This document shows, piece by piece, positions 44,518 through 53,118 of a DNA stretch of 64,000 nt. A model generated the notes under the pieces. The model saw nothing but the letters and a program-made list of their open reading frames with translations, ran no database searches and was not told the DNA's origin. Both the position numbers and the translations under genes were made by a program. Source of the DNA: Candidatus Eiseniibacteriota bacterium. Its GTDB lineage: Bacteria; Eisenbacteria; RBG-16-71-46; CAIMUX01; VGJL01. Location: the NCBI GenBank assembly GCA_016867495.1, contig VGJL01000001.1, positions 7,421 to 71,420 on the forward strand. Reading direction: 5' to 3'. The first letter of the stretch is position 1. Each line of letters starts with the position of its first letter.

Positions 44518-44909
44518 CGCTCTGATCCTCCATGGGCCGCGCCTTCCGGCGTGCTCTCTCTAATGCTGGTCTACGGCAGTCGGGCCAGGGAAGAGCCCCG
44601 ACCCGACCCGGCACCTTGGCGCCTGCGCTGAGCAGACGCCAAACCCGCGGGCCGGGGGTCGGTCCGGCGCGGGGAAGGGAGACTTCTGACTCTCGTGCGG
44701 TCTGCTTCTCATTGAGGCGCAGGTCTCTGAGGGAAGACGCGACTGGCTGGCTAACCGCCTTCTCTCCCAAAGCAGTCCCGGCGGTCCGAGATCCCGCTTC
44801 CGCACCCATTACACCCCCCTCCCGGCACCATCAGTCTCACGGTCCGGGCACCGTCAACACAAGAGGAAATTGCCTTGGGCGTGGAGTGGAGGGGGCCGGA
44901 GCCCCGGGT

Positions 44910-46271
44910 CTACCGGCTCAGCACGACCCTTCCGGTTTCCGCGCGGGAGCCGTCCAGACGCAACTCGACGAAGTAGAGCCCCGAGGGGCAGGCGCTTCCC
45001 CCCTCGTCCCGTCCGTCCCAGGCCCACTGATGGAAGCCTGCGGAGTACTCCCTCGCCGGCATCTCCCGGACGAGCCTGCCCTGGAGATCGAGCACCGCGA
45101 TCGATGCCGCCTGAGGGGAGCCTCCCGGCACCTGGAAACGGACGGTCGTGGACTCATCAAACGGATTCGGGAAGCAGGGCAAGAGGCGCGCTACAGATCC
45201 CTCGCCGTTGTCCTCCGTCGATGCCGGATCGACATCGGCTGTGACCCAGACCGGGGCGGACCAGGTCTTGTCGCCATCGACCTGGCTCACCCGCACGAAG
45301 TAGTAGTGGCTCTCCCCGTCGGCCAGTCCGCGGTCGAAGACCCAGGAGATCGTGGTTGCGACTTCCAGATGGTCGGCCACGACCACCCCGTCTTCATAGA
45401 GCTCCGCGCGGACGAAGAGGCCCGACCCGTTGAGGGCGACGGCGCTCCCCGTCAAGGTGAGATGGGCGCCCGAGACGACCTCCTGACCCATGATCTGCCC
45501 GTTCGCGTAGAACTCGAGGGCGATCCTGTCGGTCGGAGGGTTGACCTCCATAGCGTAGACACGCCTGCTGCGCAGGGCGCTCAAGACCGCCCCCGCCGTC
45601 AGCTCGTCCGCGAGAATCCCGGTCAGGTATATGTCGCCTCCCATGCTCGGGTTCGGCTGATCCCCCCAGTGGCCGTCGTGGTTGTCCTGGTTGGCGAAGG
45701 GAGCCAGGTGCCAGCCGTTGTCCAAGGCCTGGATGTACTGGGTCTCGTAGTCGTCAATCCTGAGCCCATTGCGAACCTCGATACCGATCATCTGGTTCAC
45801 ATACCCTGCATAGAACGCCAGGTTGTTGAAGTTGGTGCCGTACTGAGGGTTGGGATGATTGAAGACGCCGAAGGCGCCGGTGTCTCTGATGAAGGAGTAA
45901 GTCGCCAGCAGGTTGTCCGTGGGGTTGGGGTTTCGATAGAGGCAGTCGAAGATGTTCATGTGGCCGAAGTCGTTCAGGTTACCGAACTCCTGCGCGCCGA
46001 AGGCGACGAAGACTCCGTCCTCTGTGAAACTGGCCGCCGTGGAGAGGAGGTTCGTCCACTCGTACTGGGTCAGCATGTGGGTGTGCTCGGTGAGGGCCAG
46101 GACGTCGATGTTCGCTACATCCCTGGCATATGCGTAGGCTTCGGCAGGAGTCCCTGTGCCGTCCGAGAGCGATGTGTGCCCGTGCATGCTGGCGAAGTAG
46201 GCGTTGTAAGCCAGGCCCGCCCCCGGAATGCAGGCGCACGCGACGATCAGAAGGCCGAGCCGTCGGATCAT
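44910..46271 (-). CDS. PHP-domain (CehA/McbA-like) metallohydrolase with T9SS-type C-terminal sorting domain
   Basis: A signal peptide follows the ATG at 46271. A PHP motif HGHTSLSDG...DVLALTEH is present. The C-terminal tail of about 80 aa (LLPCFPNPFDESTTVRFQV...VLDLQGRLVREM...WDGRDEGGSACPSGLYFVEL...RVVLSR) matches the T9SS type A CTD / FlgD-Ig-like pattern. Confidence 0.65.
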   Translation of the reverse strand: MIRRLGLLIVACACIPGAGLAYNAYFASMHGHTSLSDGTGTPAEAYAYARDVANIDVLALTEHTHMLTQYEWTNLLSTAASFTEDGVFVAFGAQEFGNLNDFGHMNIFDCLYRNPNPTDNLLATYSFIRDTGAFGVFNHPNPQYGTNFNNLAFYAGYVNQMIGIEVRNGLRIDDYETQYIQALDNGWHLAPFANQDNHDGHWGDQPNPSMGGDIYLTGILADELTAGAVLSALRSRRVYAMEVNPPTDRIALEFYANGQIMGQEVVSGAHLTLTGSAVALNGSGLFVRAELYEDGVVVADHLEVATTISWVFDRGLADGESHYYFVRVSQVDGDKTWSAPVWVTADVDPASTEDNGEGSVARLLPCFPNPFDESTTVRFQVPGGSPQAASIAVLDLQGRLVREMPAREYSAGFHQWAWDGRDEGGSACPSGLYFVELRLDGSRAETGRVVLSR

Positions 46272-46404
46272 TGAGCTTCCCCTTATGATGGTGGTCGTCC
46301 TGCGGCCATCCCCAGACACTCTCAGTATACAGCCCATCGCGCGGGGGCTCAAGCAGATGCGGGCGCCTCGGCGTCAGCCGAGTCGTGGAGCGCGGTCTTC
46401 GCCC

Positions 46405-47220
46405 TCAGTCCGGAAGCCCCTGCCCGGCCAGCACCTGGACCAGATCCCCCTTGCCGGCGCCCATCTGCCGGTCCGCGCGCCCGCCGTGGATCGCGATCTC
46501 GAGCAGCTGCATGCTTCCGAAAATCGCCAGGGCCTTCCCCCTGGGAACATCCTCATACGACCGCGAGATCGACTCGATGGCCTTTCCGTTCGTGGTGACG
46601 CGGAACGTCCTGCCCGCGGTCACAGCGTCGAAGACCTCGCGTGTGATGTTGGTCACGAGATTGCCGAAGCTGTCGATGTAGATCACTTCTCCGCTGATCT
46701 GATCCTGCCAGACCGCGGGGCGCCGCGGCTCGCATCGAACCGGGTCGCGGACGATCGGTCCCAGATCGGCGGGCCGGACGCCGTTCGCCAGATGGGCTGC
46801 GACCGGAGCGAAGACGTCCCGGCCGTGGAAGGTGTCGCTCGTCCTCAGGAGCTTGAACTCGCTCCGCGCGATCTCTCGGACCTCGAGCTCTGCATGCGCC
46901 GAGTAGATGCGCGAGAAGACGCCGTTGTCCGGGCCGACGAAAAGACAATCGGGGACGTCGACGACGATGGCCCGTCGCTTCGTTCCTACTCCGGGGTCCA
47001 CGACGACCATGTGCACCGTCCCCGGCGGAAAGAACCGATAGCTGCTCTCCAGGACGAACGAGGCCTCCATCAGGTCCTGATGGCCGATCTGATGCGTGAG
47101 ATCGACGATCACGGCGCCCTTGCAGATCGAGTGGATGACGCCCTTCATCGTCCCGACATAGCTGTCCTTCGTCCCAAAATCCGTAGCAAGCGTGACGACG
47201 CGGCTCGGCTCGTGCTTCAT
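46405..47220 (-). CDS. SAM hydroxide adenosyltransferase (DUF62; fluorinase/chlorinase-like fold)
   Basis: The N-terminal signature VTLATDFGTKDSYVGTMKGV...VDLTHQI is present. The size is 271 aa. An ATG at 47220 overlaps the cutA stop as ATGA. The six-frame ORF is 5'-extended. Confidence 0.7.
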   Translation of the reverse strand: MKHEPSRVVTLATDFGTKDSYVGTMKGVIHSICKGAVIVDLTHQIGHQDLMEASFVLESSYRFFPPGTVHMVVVDPGVGTKRRAIVVDVPDCLFVGPDNGVFSRIYSAHAELEVREIARSEFKLLRTSDTFHGRDVFAPVAAHLANGVRPADLGPIVRDPVRCEPRRPAVWQDQISGEVIYIDSFGNLVTNITREVFDAVTAGRTFRVTTNGKAIESISRSYEDVPRGKALAIFGSMQLLEIAIHGGRADRQMGAGKGDLVQVLAGQGLPD

Positions 47221-47585
47221 GACTCCACCTCCCTGTCGATGCCCGTGCTCTCGTAGAGCCACTGCAGATAGGGTGTCGATCCCGAGAGCACAGGCAGAAC
47301 GAGGAACTCGGGAACCTCGTAGGGATGCAGGCGGTCGATGACGTCCCGCACGCGCTCAGCCAGAGCCCGGCGGGTCTTGACGAGCAGGATCAGCTCGGCC
47401 TCGTCGAACTTCTCTCCCTTCCACCGATAGAGGGAGCGCGCGCCGGGAACGAGGCTCACGCAGGCGGCAAGGCGGAGATCGAGCAAGCCATCTGCGATCG
47501 CCCGCGCGTCAGCGTCCGTCCCCACGGTGGTGAGTATGACGACCGCCTCGTCCTGATCCTGCGGGGAGAGGCCCATGGCCGCCAA
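47217..47585 (-). CDS. cutA: divalent-cation tolerance protein CutA
   Basis: The protein is 122 aa with a CutA1 pattern (VVILTTVGTDADARAIADGLLDLRLAACVSLVPGARSLYRWKGE...HPYEVPEF). Confidence 0.8.
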   Translation of the reverse strand: MAAMGLSPQDQDEAVVILTTVGTDADARAIADGLLDLRLAACVSLVPGARSLYRWKGEKFDEAELILLVKTRRALAERVRDVIDRLHPYEVPEFLVLPVLSGSTPYLQWLYESTGIDREVES

Positions 47586-47667
47586 GGGTACGGTTCGTTG
47601 GCCGGGAAGGTCAAGAAAGCGGCCCCGCGCCGGGCAGGGCCGCCTTCTTCGAACGGATCGGGCAGGC

Positions 47668-48045
47668 TCAGGCGGCCTTACGGTACTTGGGCCGCACGCG
47701 GGTCGATGCGTAGACGCGCTTCTCGTTCTGCGGACGGCTCCTCATCGCGCGCGCCCCCTGCATGGGACGCGGCGCCTGACCCGCGCGCTGCGGCTTGCGC
47801 CACTGCCTCTGCCGGGCCTGGTACTGGTTCTGCCCGTACGCCTCGTACCAGCAGTTCCAGAAGTTGTAGAGGTCCACCATGAGGATCCTCTTGGGGCTGT
47901 CCTGCGGCTTCCACCAGACGCGGGAAACGTTGTGGCGGGCGCAGAAGTTCATGACCGCCCGGGGGGTGGCGCACCCGCGGTACTTCATCGCCGCGACCTG
48001 CTCAGGATTGACCAGCGTGAATGACTGACGATACCAGTTCTTCAT
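47668..48045 (-). CDS. hypothetical small basic Trp/Cys-rich protein (125 aa)
   Basis: A strong RBS (GGAAGGAGGGAG) lies about 9 nt upstream of the ATG. Third-position GC usage is consistent with coding. The N-terminal 75 aa carry 6 Trp and 3 Cys plus His, and the C-terminal 50 aa are Arg/Lys/Gln-rich. No family was recognised. Confidence 0.5.
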   Translation of the reverse strand: MKNWYRQSFTLVNPEQVAAMKYRGCATPRAVMNFCARHNVSRVWWKPQDSPKRILMVDLYNFWNCWYEAYGQNQYQARQRQWRKPQRAGQAPRPMQGARAMRSRPQNEKRVYASTRVRPKYRKAA

Positions 48046-48160
48046 CAGAGTTCTCCCTCCTTCCGTGCGGAAGTTCTCTTCTTTCGTCGGCTGCAGGTCT
48101 CGGCGAATGAAGGGAAATCCAGGTCCGCGCCGGTAGGCGGTCCCGGGCCCGGACAGGCGC

Positions 48161-49489
48161 CTATGGCCTGACCGGGCTCCGGATCCAGGCCAGCCAGAGC
48201 CGATAGACCTCCGAGGGGATCCCGCACGCGGTCGGTTGGCGCCGGCTCACGGCGACGGCCGTCTCCCCGCCGTCGTGCCCGAGCCGCAGCGTGTCCACCC
48301 CTCCCCCGCCGCCAGCCAGGAGGATGGCGATCTCCCCCGGGAGGGTCCTGGGCGGCGGCCCTGAATGGAAGGCGATGGCCCGAATCTGACAGGTATTTCG
48401 AGCCATCCGCCCGAAACCCTCCGACCGCACGGCGAGAGTCTCTTTGCCCGCGATCTCCGCCCAGTCCCCCGCGGGCAGGCGATGGAACAGACGGGAGAGG
48501 CTTCCACCCTCGATGCGGACCGCCTGCAACGAGTCGTACGCCACGTCGAGAAGGAGCGGCTCGCGGAGGAGCTTCAGTCCATCGACCCATGGACGGAAGG
48601 ACTCGCTATCGATCATGGCCACGACGTCACGGCCGGCCGGGATCACGAAGACGCTCCGCTGGTCCTTCGTCGGGTGTCCGATCCGGACACTCTGATGCAG
48701 CCGGCCCTGGTGAAGGGTCCAGGTGGCGCGGGGCGGATCGAGGCCGGCGGCGGCCAGATCGACCTCGCCAGTCGGTCCAAGAATGGACTGCAGCTTCTCC
48801 GATCGGAGCGCGGCGACGGCGCGACCGATCGTGACGGCTGATCCCTCGGCGAGGAGCGGGGAGACGATCTCCCACCGATCGGCCCGCCGCCGAATGATCC
48901 TGATCCTTTCCTCCCGCGTGACGACTTCCAGGCTGTCGAGCGGTCCCACCTCGATCGACGTCGCCTCCGGCGCGTGAATGTCGTCCTTCGGCGGGGCGAG
49001 ATAGCGCATCGACAGGAACGGGTCGACCACTCTGATCCTGGGATCGCCCCCTGCCCGGGCGAATCTGCCTCCGCTCGCGGGGAGCGAGTCGCCCAGCAGG
49101 ATCGTGTAGCTCCCCCCGGGCCAGAGACAGCTCCACCGCGCAATGGGCCGATGCAAGCCAAAGGGCTCCGAGGAGGTATCGGGAAGGATCCGCAGCGGCG
49201 ACATCGTGGCGGCCACCTTGATCGACTGGGCGAGGAACCTGTCATCGGCCCGATCCCGATAGGGCTGGACGATCCAGAATCCGTCGCTCTCCCGCACGAC
49301 CCTGATCCGCTCTCCTCGGCGCTGGAAGAGGACTTCCGTGACGACGGAGGGATCGAAGGCGCCCCCTTCGAGGACGGCCGACTCCGTCGGGGATCCTGTT
49401 CGATCCTCTCGCCTGAGAAGCAAGGCCACGAGCACGACAAGCAGGAGAGCCAGGACGATCTGGCTTGCGGTGGGCGGGCGGCCGCGCAT
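48161..49489 (-). CDS. DUF4340-like protein (auxiliary to GldG-type ABC systems)
   Basis: An N-terminal TM anchor is present and the size is 442 aa. It sits immediately downstream of the GldG-like gene, as is typical for DUF4340. The family call is from architecture and context only. Confidence 0.5.
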   Translation of the reverse strand: MRGRPPTASQIVLALLLVVLVALLLRREDRTGSPTESAVLEGGAFDPSVVTEVLFQRRGERIRVVRESDGFWIVQPYRDRADDRFLAQSIKVAATMSPLRILPDTSSEPFGLHRPIARWSCLWPGGSYTILLGDSLPASGGRFARAGGDPRIRVVDPFLSMRYLAPPKDDIHAPEATSIEVGPLDSLEVVTREERIRIIRRRADRWEIVSPLLAEGSAVTIGRAVAALRSEKLQSILGPTGEVDLAAAGLDPPRATWTLHQGRLHQSVRIGHPTKDQRSVFVIPAGRDVVAMIDSESFRPWVDGLKLLREPLLLDVAYDSLQAVRIEGGSLSRLFHRLPAGDWAEIAGKETLAVRSEGFGRMARNTCQIRAIAFHSGPPPRTLPGEIAILLAGGGGGVDTLRLGHDGGETAVAVSRRQPTACGIPSEVYRLWLAWIRSPVRP

Positions 49490-49490
49490 C

Positions 49491-51035
49491 CTAACGGCGC
49501 CGGCTCCAGACCCAGAGCCCCAGGGCGAGGAGCGAGAACGGCACTGCGATCTGGAGCAGGTAGAAGAGAGTGCGGAGTCCGCGGAGGCTCACCCGGAGAG
49601 GCGTTCCGCGCATGTCGATCGGCGGGATCTTGAGCAGGAACTCGCGCCTGGCCAGCCAGTGGAATGATCGCAGCGCCAGATCGCGATTGGAGAACAGGTC
49701 GAGAAACTGCCCCGACAGCCAGTCGGAATCGCCGATCGCCATGAGGCGGGCGTAGGGTTTCTCCGCCGCTGCGCCGCTTGCCTCGCCCGTCGCGGGCGCG
49801 GGGACTTCCCACTCCTGCACGACACCGAGCGGCAAGGCCGCGCTCGACCCGATCGGCTCCTCTGATCCGCCGATCGCCGGCGTGATTCTCCTCGCCCCCT
49901 CCCCCGTTCGCAGGAGGACCTTGGCGTTCACTCCCCAGGTCGGCTCATCGCCGAGCCCCACTGAGCGAACGCCCGGGAAGACGCAGTAGCCGATCCCGGC
50001 CGGGGTGATCGGATGAGCCCCGTGATCGGCGGCAACGACAACCCGGGGCCCAAAGCCCAAGCCGCGCGTCGCCGGGCTCTCGTCATAGACCTCCAGGCTG
50101 TCCAGGACGACGCCCCTGGACCGGAGCATCTCCTCGATCCCCGTCATCGCCCCGGGTTCGAGACAGACCAGCGCTCGCCCTCCCCCGTCCAGGAACTCCC
50201 CGATCTTGGCGAGCTCTCCCGGCAGGAACCGCCGGCTCGCGCCGACCACCGCGAGCATCGCCGCGTCCGGGGGGATCGCTTCCTCGAAGAGCCGCACCTC
50301 CATCGGCTCGTAGCCGGACTGACGCAGGACAGAGGCGAGCTTCCCGATGCCAGCCGCCCCCCCGTCGGCGATCGATCGCTCGCCGTGCCCGCCGACGAAG
50401 ACGACTCTCGATCGACGGGGATTCTGAGCCCGGACGATCGTCTCGCTGATCGACTGCTCGGTCAGCTCGTCGGCCTCTTCCTGAACGGCCCCGATCCGGA
50501 CGACCACGAGGGAGGCCCGGTTGATTCCCAACGACCGCATCTCATCGGGCCGTCGATCGGGATCGACCATGCGCACGCTGACCCGACGCGATGCGACCCG
50601 ATAGATTTCGAGAAGATCGACGGCCCTGGCGCGCTGCGGGCTGGTCTCCCGGTAGATGCCGATCAACTCGATGGGGGCCTCGCCTTGCCCGAGGACCGCC
50701 TCGCTCATCGGGGTCAGCTTGTTCAGCAGGCGCCCCGTCGCATCCATTCGCAGCGGCCTCTGCTCGAACACGATCGCCGCAGCGAAAAGAACGGCGGCGG
50801 CCAGCAACCAGGTCCCGGCGGGCCCGGGCTCAGAGACCCTGCGCGCGCGAAGCAGGAGAAAGGCGATCTCCCGGCGCCCGCGGTAGAGGAGGACCGCGAA
50901 TGTCACAGCCGCGCCGAGCAGGCAGAGCCGCGGCAGGTAGGCCTGCGAGCCCGACAGACTCGCGAGAGCCCCCGCCAGCGCGGTCAGGAAGAGGGCCGCC
51001 AGCAGGAGCGGTAGAAGGCGCGAGCCGCCGTTCAC
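49491..51035 (-). CDS. GldG-like ABC-transport auxiliary component
   Basis: N- and C-terminal TM anchors flank a large periplasmic domain. A GTG at 51035 overlaps the permease stop (GTGA). The six-frame ORF is 5'-extended to 51803 across the permease gene in another frame. Confidence 0.55.
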   Translation of the reverse strand: MNGGSRLLPLLLAALFLTALAGALASLSGSQAYLPRLCLLGAAVTFAVLLYRGRREIAFLLLRARRVSEPGPAGTWLLAAAVLFAAAIVFEQRPLRMDATGRLLNKLTPMSEAVLGQGEAPIELIGIYRETSPQRARAVDLLEIYRVASRRVSVRMVDPDRRPDEMRSLGINRASLVVVRIGAVQEEADELTEQSISETIVRAQNPRRSRVVFVGGHGERSIADGGAAGIGKLASVLRQSGYEPMEVRLFEEAIPPDAAMLAVVGASRRFLPGELAKIGEFLDGGGRALVCLEPGAMTGIEEMLRSRGVVLDSLEVYDESPATRGLGFGPRVVVAADHGAHPITPAGIGYCVFPGVRSVGLGDEPTWGVNAKVLLRTGEGARRITPAIGGSEEPIGSSAALPLGVVQEWEVPAPATGEASGAAAEKPYARLMAIGDSDWLSGQFLDLFSNRDLALRSFHWLARREFLLKIPPIDMRGTPLRVSLRGLRTLFYLLQIAVPFSLLALGLWVWSRRR

Positions 51036-51823
51036 GCGCCCCTCCAGCGCAACAGGTCGAGCGAGCGAAGCGCCAGCGCGAGCCAGAGCGCAGTCCCGCC
51101 TAGGAAGAAAGCGACGTGACGCAGGTCGATGACGCCGCGCGTGAAGTCCTCGAAGCGCGTGAGCACCGCGACGTAGCCGAGGGCGCGCGCGATGGCGGGG
51201 CTCACCGCCTCGGTCACGCTCGGCCCCAGTCCGAGCAGGAGGAGGACTCCCAGAGTCAGCACGCCCGCCTCGACCTGACTCTGGGACAGCGCCGAGATCA
51301 GGATCCCTAGCGAGACCATGAAGAGGCCCAGGAGAAGGAGGCCAAGCCCGCCCGCCGCGGCTGCCCCCCAGTCGGGCGTCGTCAGGAACGCGAGGACGAG
51401 TCCGTGGAGAGGAACGACGAGCAGCAGGGCGAGGAGACAGCAGAGGGAACCCAGCAGCTTCCCGAGAACGAGATCGCTCCCTCGCAGAGGAAGCGAGAGC
51501 AGGAGCTCGAGACTTCCGCTGCGGCGCTCCTCGGCCACGCTCCGCATGGTGAGGAGCGGAATGAAGAAGAGGAGCACGGAACCGAGATTGTAGAGGTAGG
51601 GGCGCATGACCCAGTCGTTCACGTGCAGACCGACGTCGCCGGTTCTGACCTGGGCGCTCTGCGCGAGGCTCAAGGCCGCCTGCCGATATCGTATCAGCAG
51701 GCCGACGAATATAAGCCCGGCCACCAGAGAGAAGACGGCCGCGATCGACCATCCCACCGGGGAAGCGAAGAATCCGCGCACTTCCCGCATGGCGAGGACC
51801 CAAGCCCTGCGCGGCGTTCTCAT
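51032..51823 (-). CDS. ABC-2 family transporter permease (GldF-like)
   Basis: Six TM helices are present. An ATG at 51823 forms an ATGA overlap with the ATPase stop. The six-frame ORF is 5'-extended to 51955. Confidence 0.6.
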   Translation of the reverse strand: MRTPRRAWVLAMREVRGFFASPVGWSIAAVFSLVAGLIFVGLLIRYRQAALSLAQSAQVRTGDVGLHVNDWVMRPYLYNLGSVLLFFIPLLTMRSVAEERRSGSLELLLSLPLRGSDLVLGKLLGSLCCLLALLLVVPLHGLVLAFLTTPDWGAAAAGGLGLLLLGLFMVSLGILISALSQSQVEAGVLTLGVLLLLGLGPSVTEAVSPAIARALGYVAVLTRFEDFTRGVIDLRHVAFFLGGTALWLALALRSLDLLRWRGA

Positions 51824-52767
51824 GAGTCCTCCCCTCCCAGCGTCAGGCGACGGAAGACATCCTCGAGCCCGCCGCTCCCCGATCGCCAATCGAGAATGCT
51901 CGCGCCCTGGCTCACGAGTCTCGCAAGGGCCTGGCGCCCTTCCTCCTCGCTCCATGGGGCCTCGATCAGCCAGATCGACTCATCGCTGGCGCGCGTCACG
52001 CGGGCGCGCGGGTCGCCCGGGTCGGGGCTCGTCGCCAGACGGACCTTCGCGAGCACCTGCCTCGCCCCACCTTCCTTCACCCCCAGACGGTCAGGCCGGT
52101 CCATCGCGACAAGCTTGCCGCGGTTCAGGATCATCACCCGATCGCAGATCTCGAGCGCCTCCGGAAGAATGTGGGTCGAGAGGAGAATCGCCCTCTCCTT
52201 GCCCAGGGCGCGCAGGAGGCTTCGGAACTCACGAATCTGATTCGGGTCCAAGCCCGAAGTCGGCTCATCGAGAATGAGGACATCGGGCTCGCCGAGGAGG
52301 GCCTGCGCCAGACCGACGCGCTTCCTGTACCCGTGCGATAGGGAACGGATCGGGCGAGCCCACACCGCGTCGAGCGCCAGGCGCTCGCGCACGGCTTGGA
52401 GGGCCGCCGGGCTCTCCCCCGCGCCGAACCCCTTCATCGTCGCGACGAATGCGAGGTAGCCCGCGACGCGCATCTCAGAGTAGAGGGGCACAATCTCCGG
52501 AACGTATCCGAGCCGCGCCCGCGCCCGCTCCCCCTCCCGCAGAACATCATGCCCCGCCAGTCTCACGCTCCCCCGCGTGGGGATCAGGCTGCCCGTGAGC
52601 ATCCGCAGCGTGGTGGTCTTGCCCGCGCCGTTGGGCCCGAGCAGACCCACGATCTCGCCTCGCTCGACGCGAAACGAGAGGGAGTCGACGGCTCGGATGG
52701 GACCGAAGTCCCTGGTGAGATCAGCCGCCTCGACCGGGGGGGCCAGGACCTGCGCAGCTTGGCTCAT
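51820..52767 (-). CDS. ABC transporter ATP-binding protein (GldA-like)
   Basis: Walker A GPNGAGKTT, the signature LSHGYRKRVGLAQAL, Walker B LILDEPTSGLD and an H-loop are all present. Confidence 0.9.
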   Translation of the reverse strand: MSQAAQVLAPPVEAADLTRDFGPIRAVDSLSFRVERGEIVGLLGPNGAGKTTTLRMLTGSLIPTRGSVRLAGHDVLREGERARARLGYVPEIVPLYSEMRVAGYLAFVATMKGFGAGESPAALQAVRERLALDAVWARPIRSLSHGYRKRVGLAQALLGEPDVLILDEPTSGLDPNQIREFRSLLRALGKERAILLSTHILPEALEICDRVMILNRGKLVAMDRPDRLGVKEGGARQVLAKVRLATSPDPGDPRARVTRASDESIWLIEAPWSEEEGRQALARLVSQGASILDWRSGSGGLEDVFRRLTLGGEDS

Positions 52768-52924
52768 CGGATGATGATCCGACGGCCCGCCCCCGGCGGG
52801 TCGAAGGTGCGGAGCGGGCCGCCGCCAGGCTCCCTCGCGCCGCGCTGGCCGCTCACCGATTCCCTCCCGACGGAACTTGCGACGCTCACGCTCCTCCTTC
52901 TAGACTCGCGCCATACGGGCCTCT

Positions 52925-53019
52925 TCGCATCTGAGAAGCGGGCAGGCGCGCTGCGAGGCCGACGCCGCCCGAGCCTGGCTGAGTCGAGCCGACGTTTCGA
53001 ACGAGCATCTCAGATGCGA
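52925..53019. promoter_or_regulatory. 12-bp perfect inverted repeat (TCGCATCTGAGA / TCTCAGATGCGA) separated by 71 nt in a 350-bp divergent intergenic region
   Basis: The repeat is seen directly in the sequence, between the divergently transcribed ABC ATPase gene (minus) and the MltD-like gene (plus). It could be an operator pair or a structured 5' leader. Confidence 0.3.
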
Positions 53020-53118
53020 TCGGACCGCGCCAGGAGCAGTCTTCAGATCGTCCCCGGATCGACCGATCCTTGGCACGGGAGTCGAGGCGAGTCTAGGAGA
53101 GGAGGGCGTCGCAAGGCA

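Noticed and set aside
49491-51803. 770-aa reading of the GldG-like ORF
   Set aside because: The first 256 codons run through the ABC permease gene out of frame, with R/P/G-rich composition and no ATG. The GTG at 51035 abutting the permease stop is the likely start.
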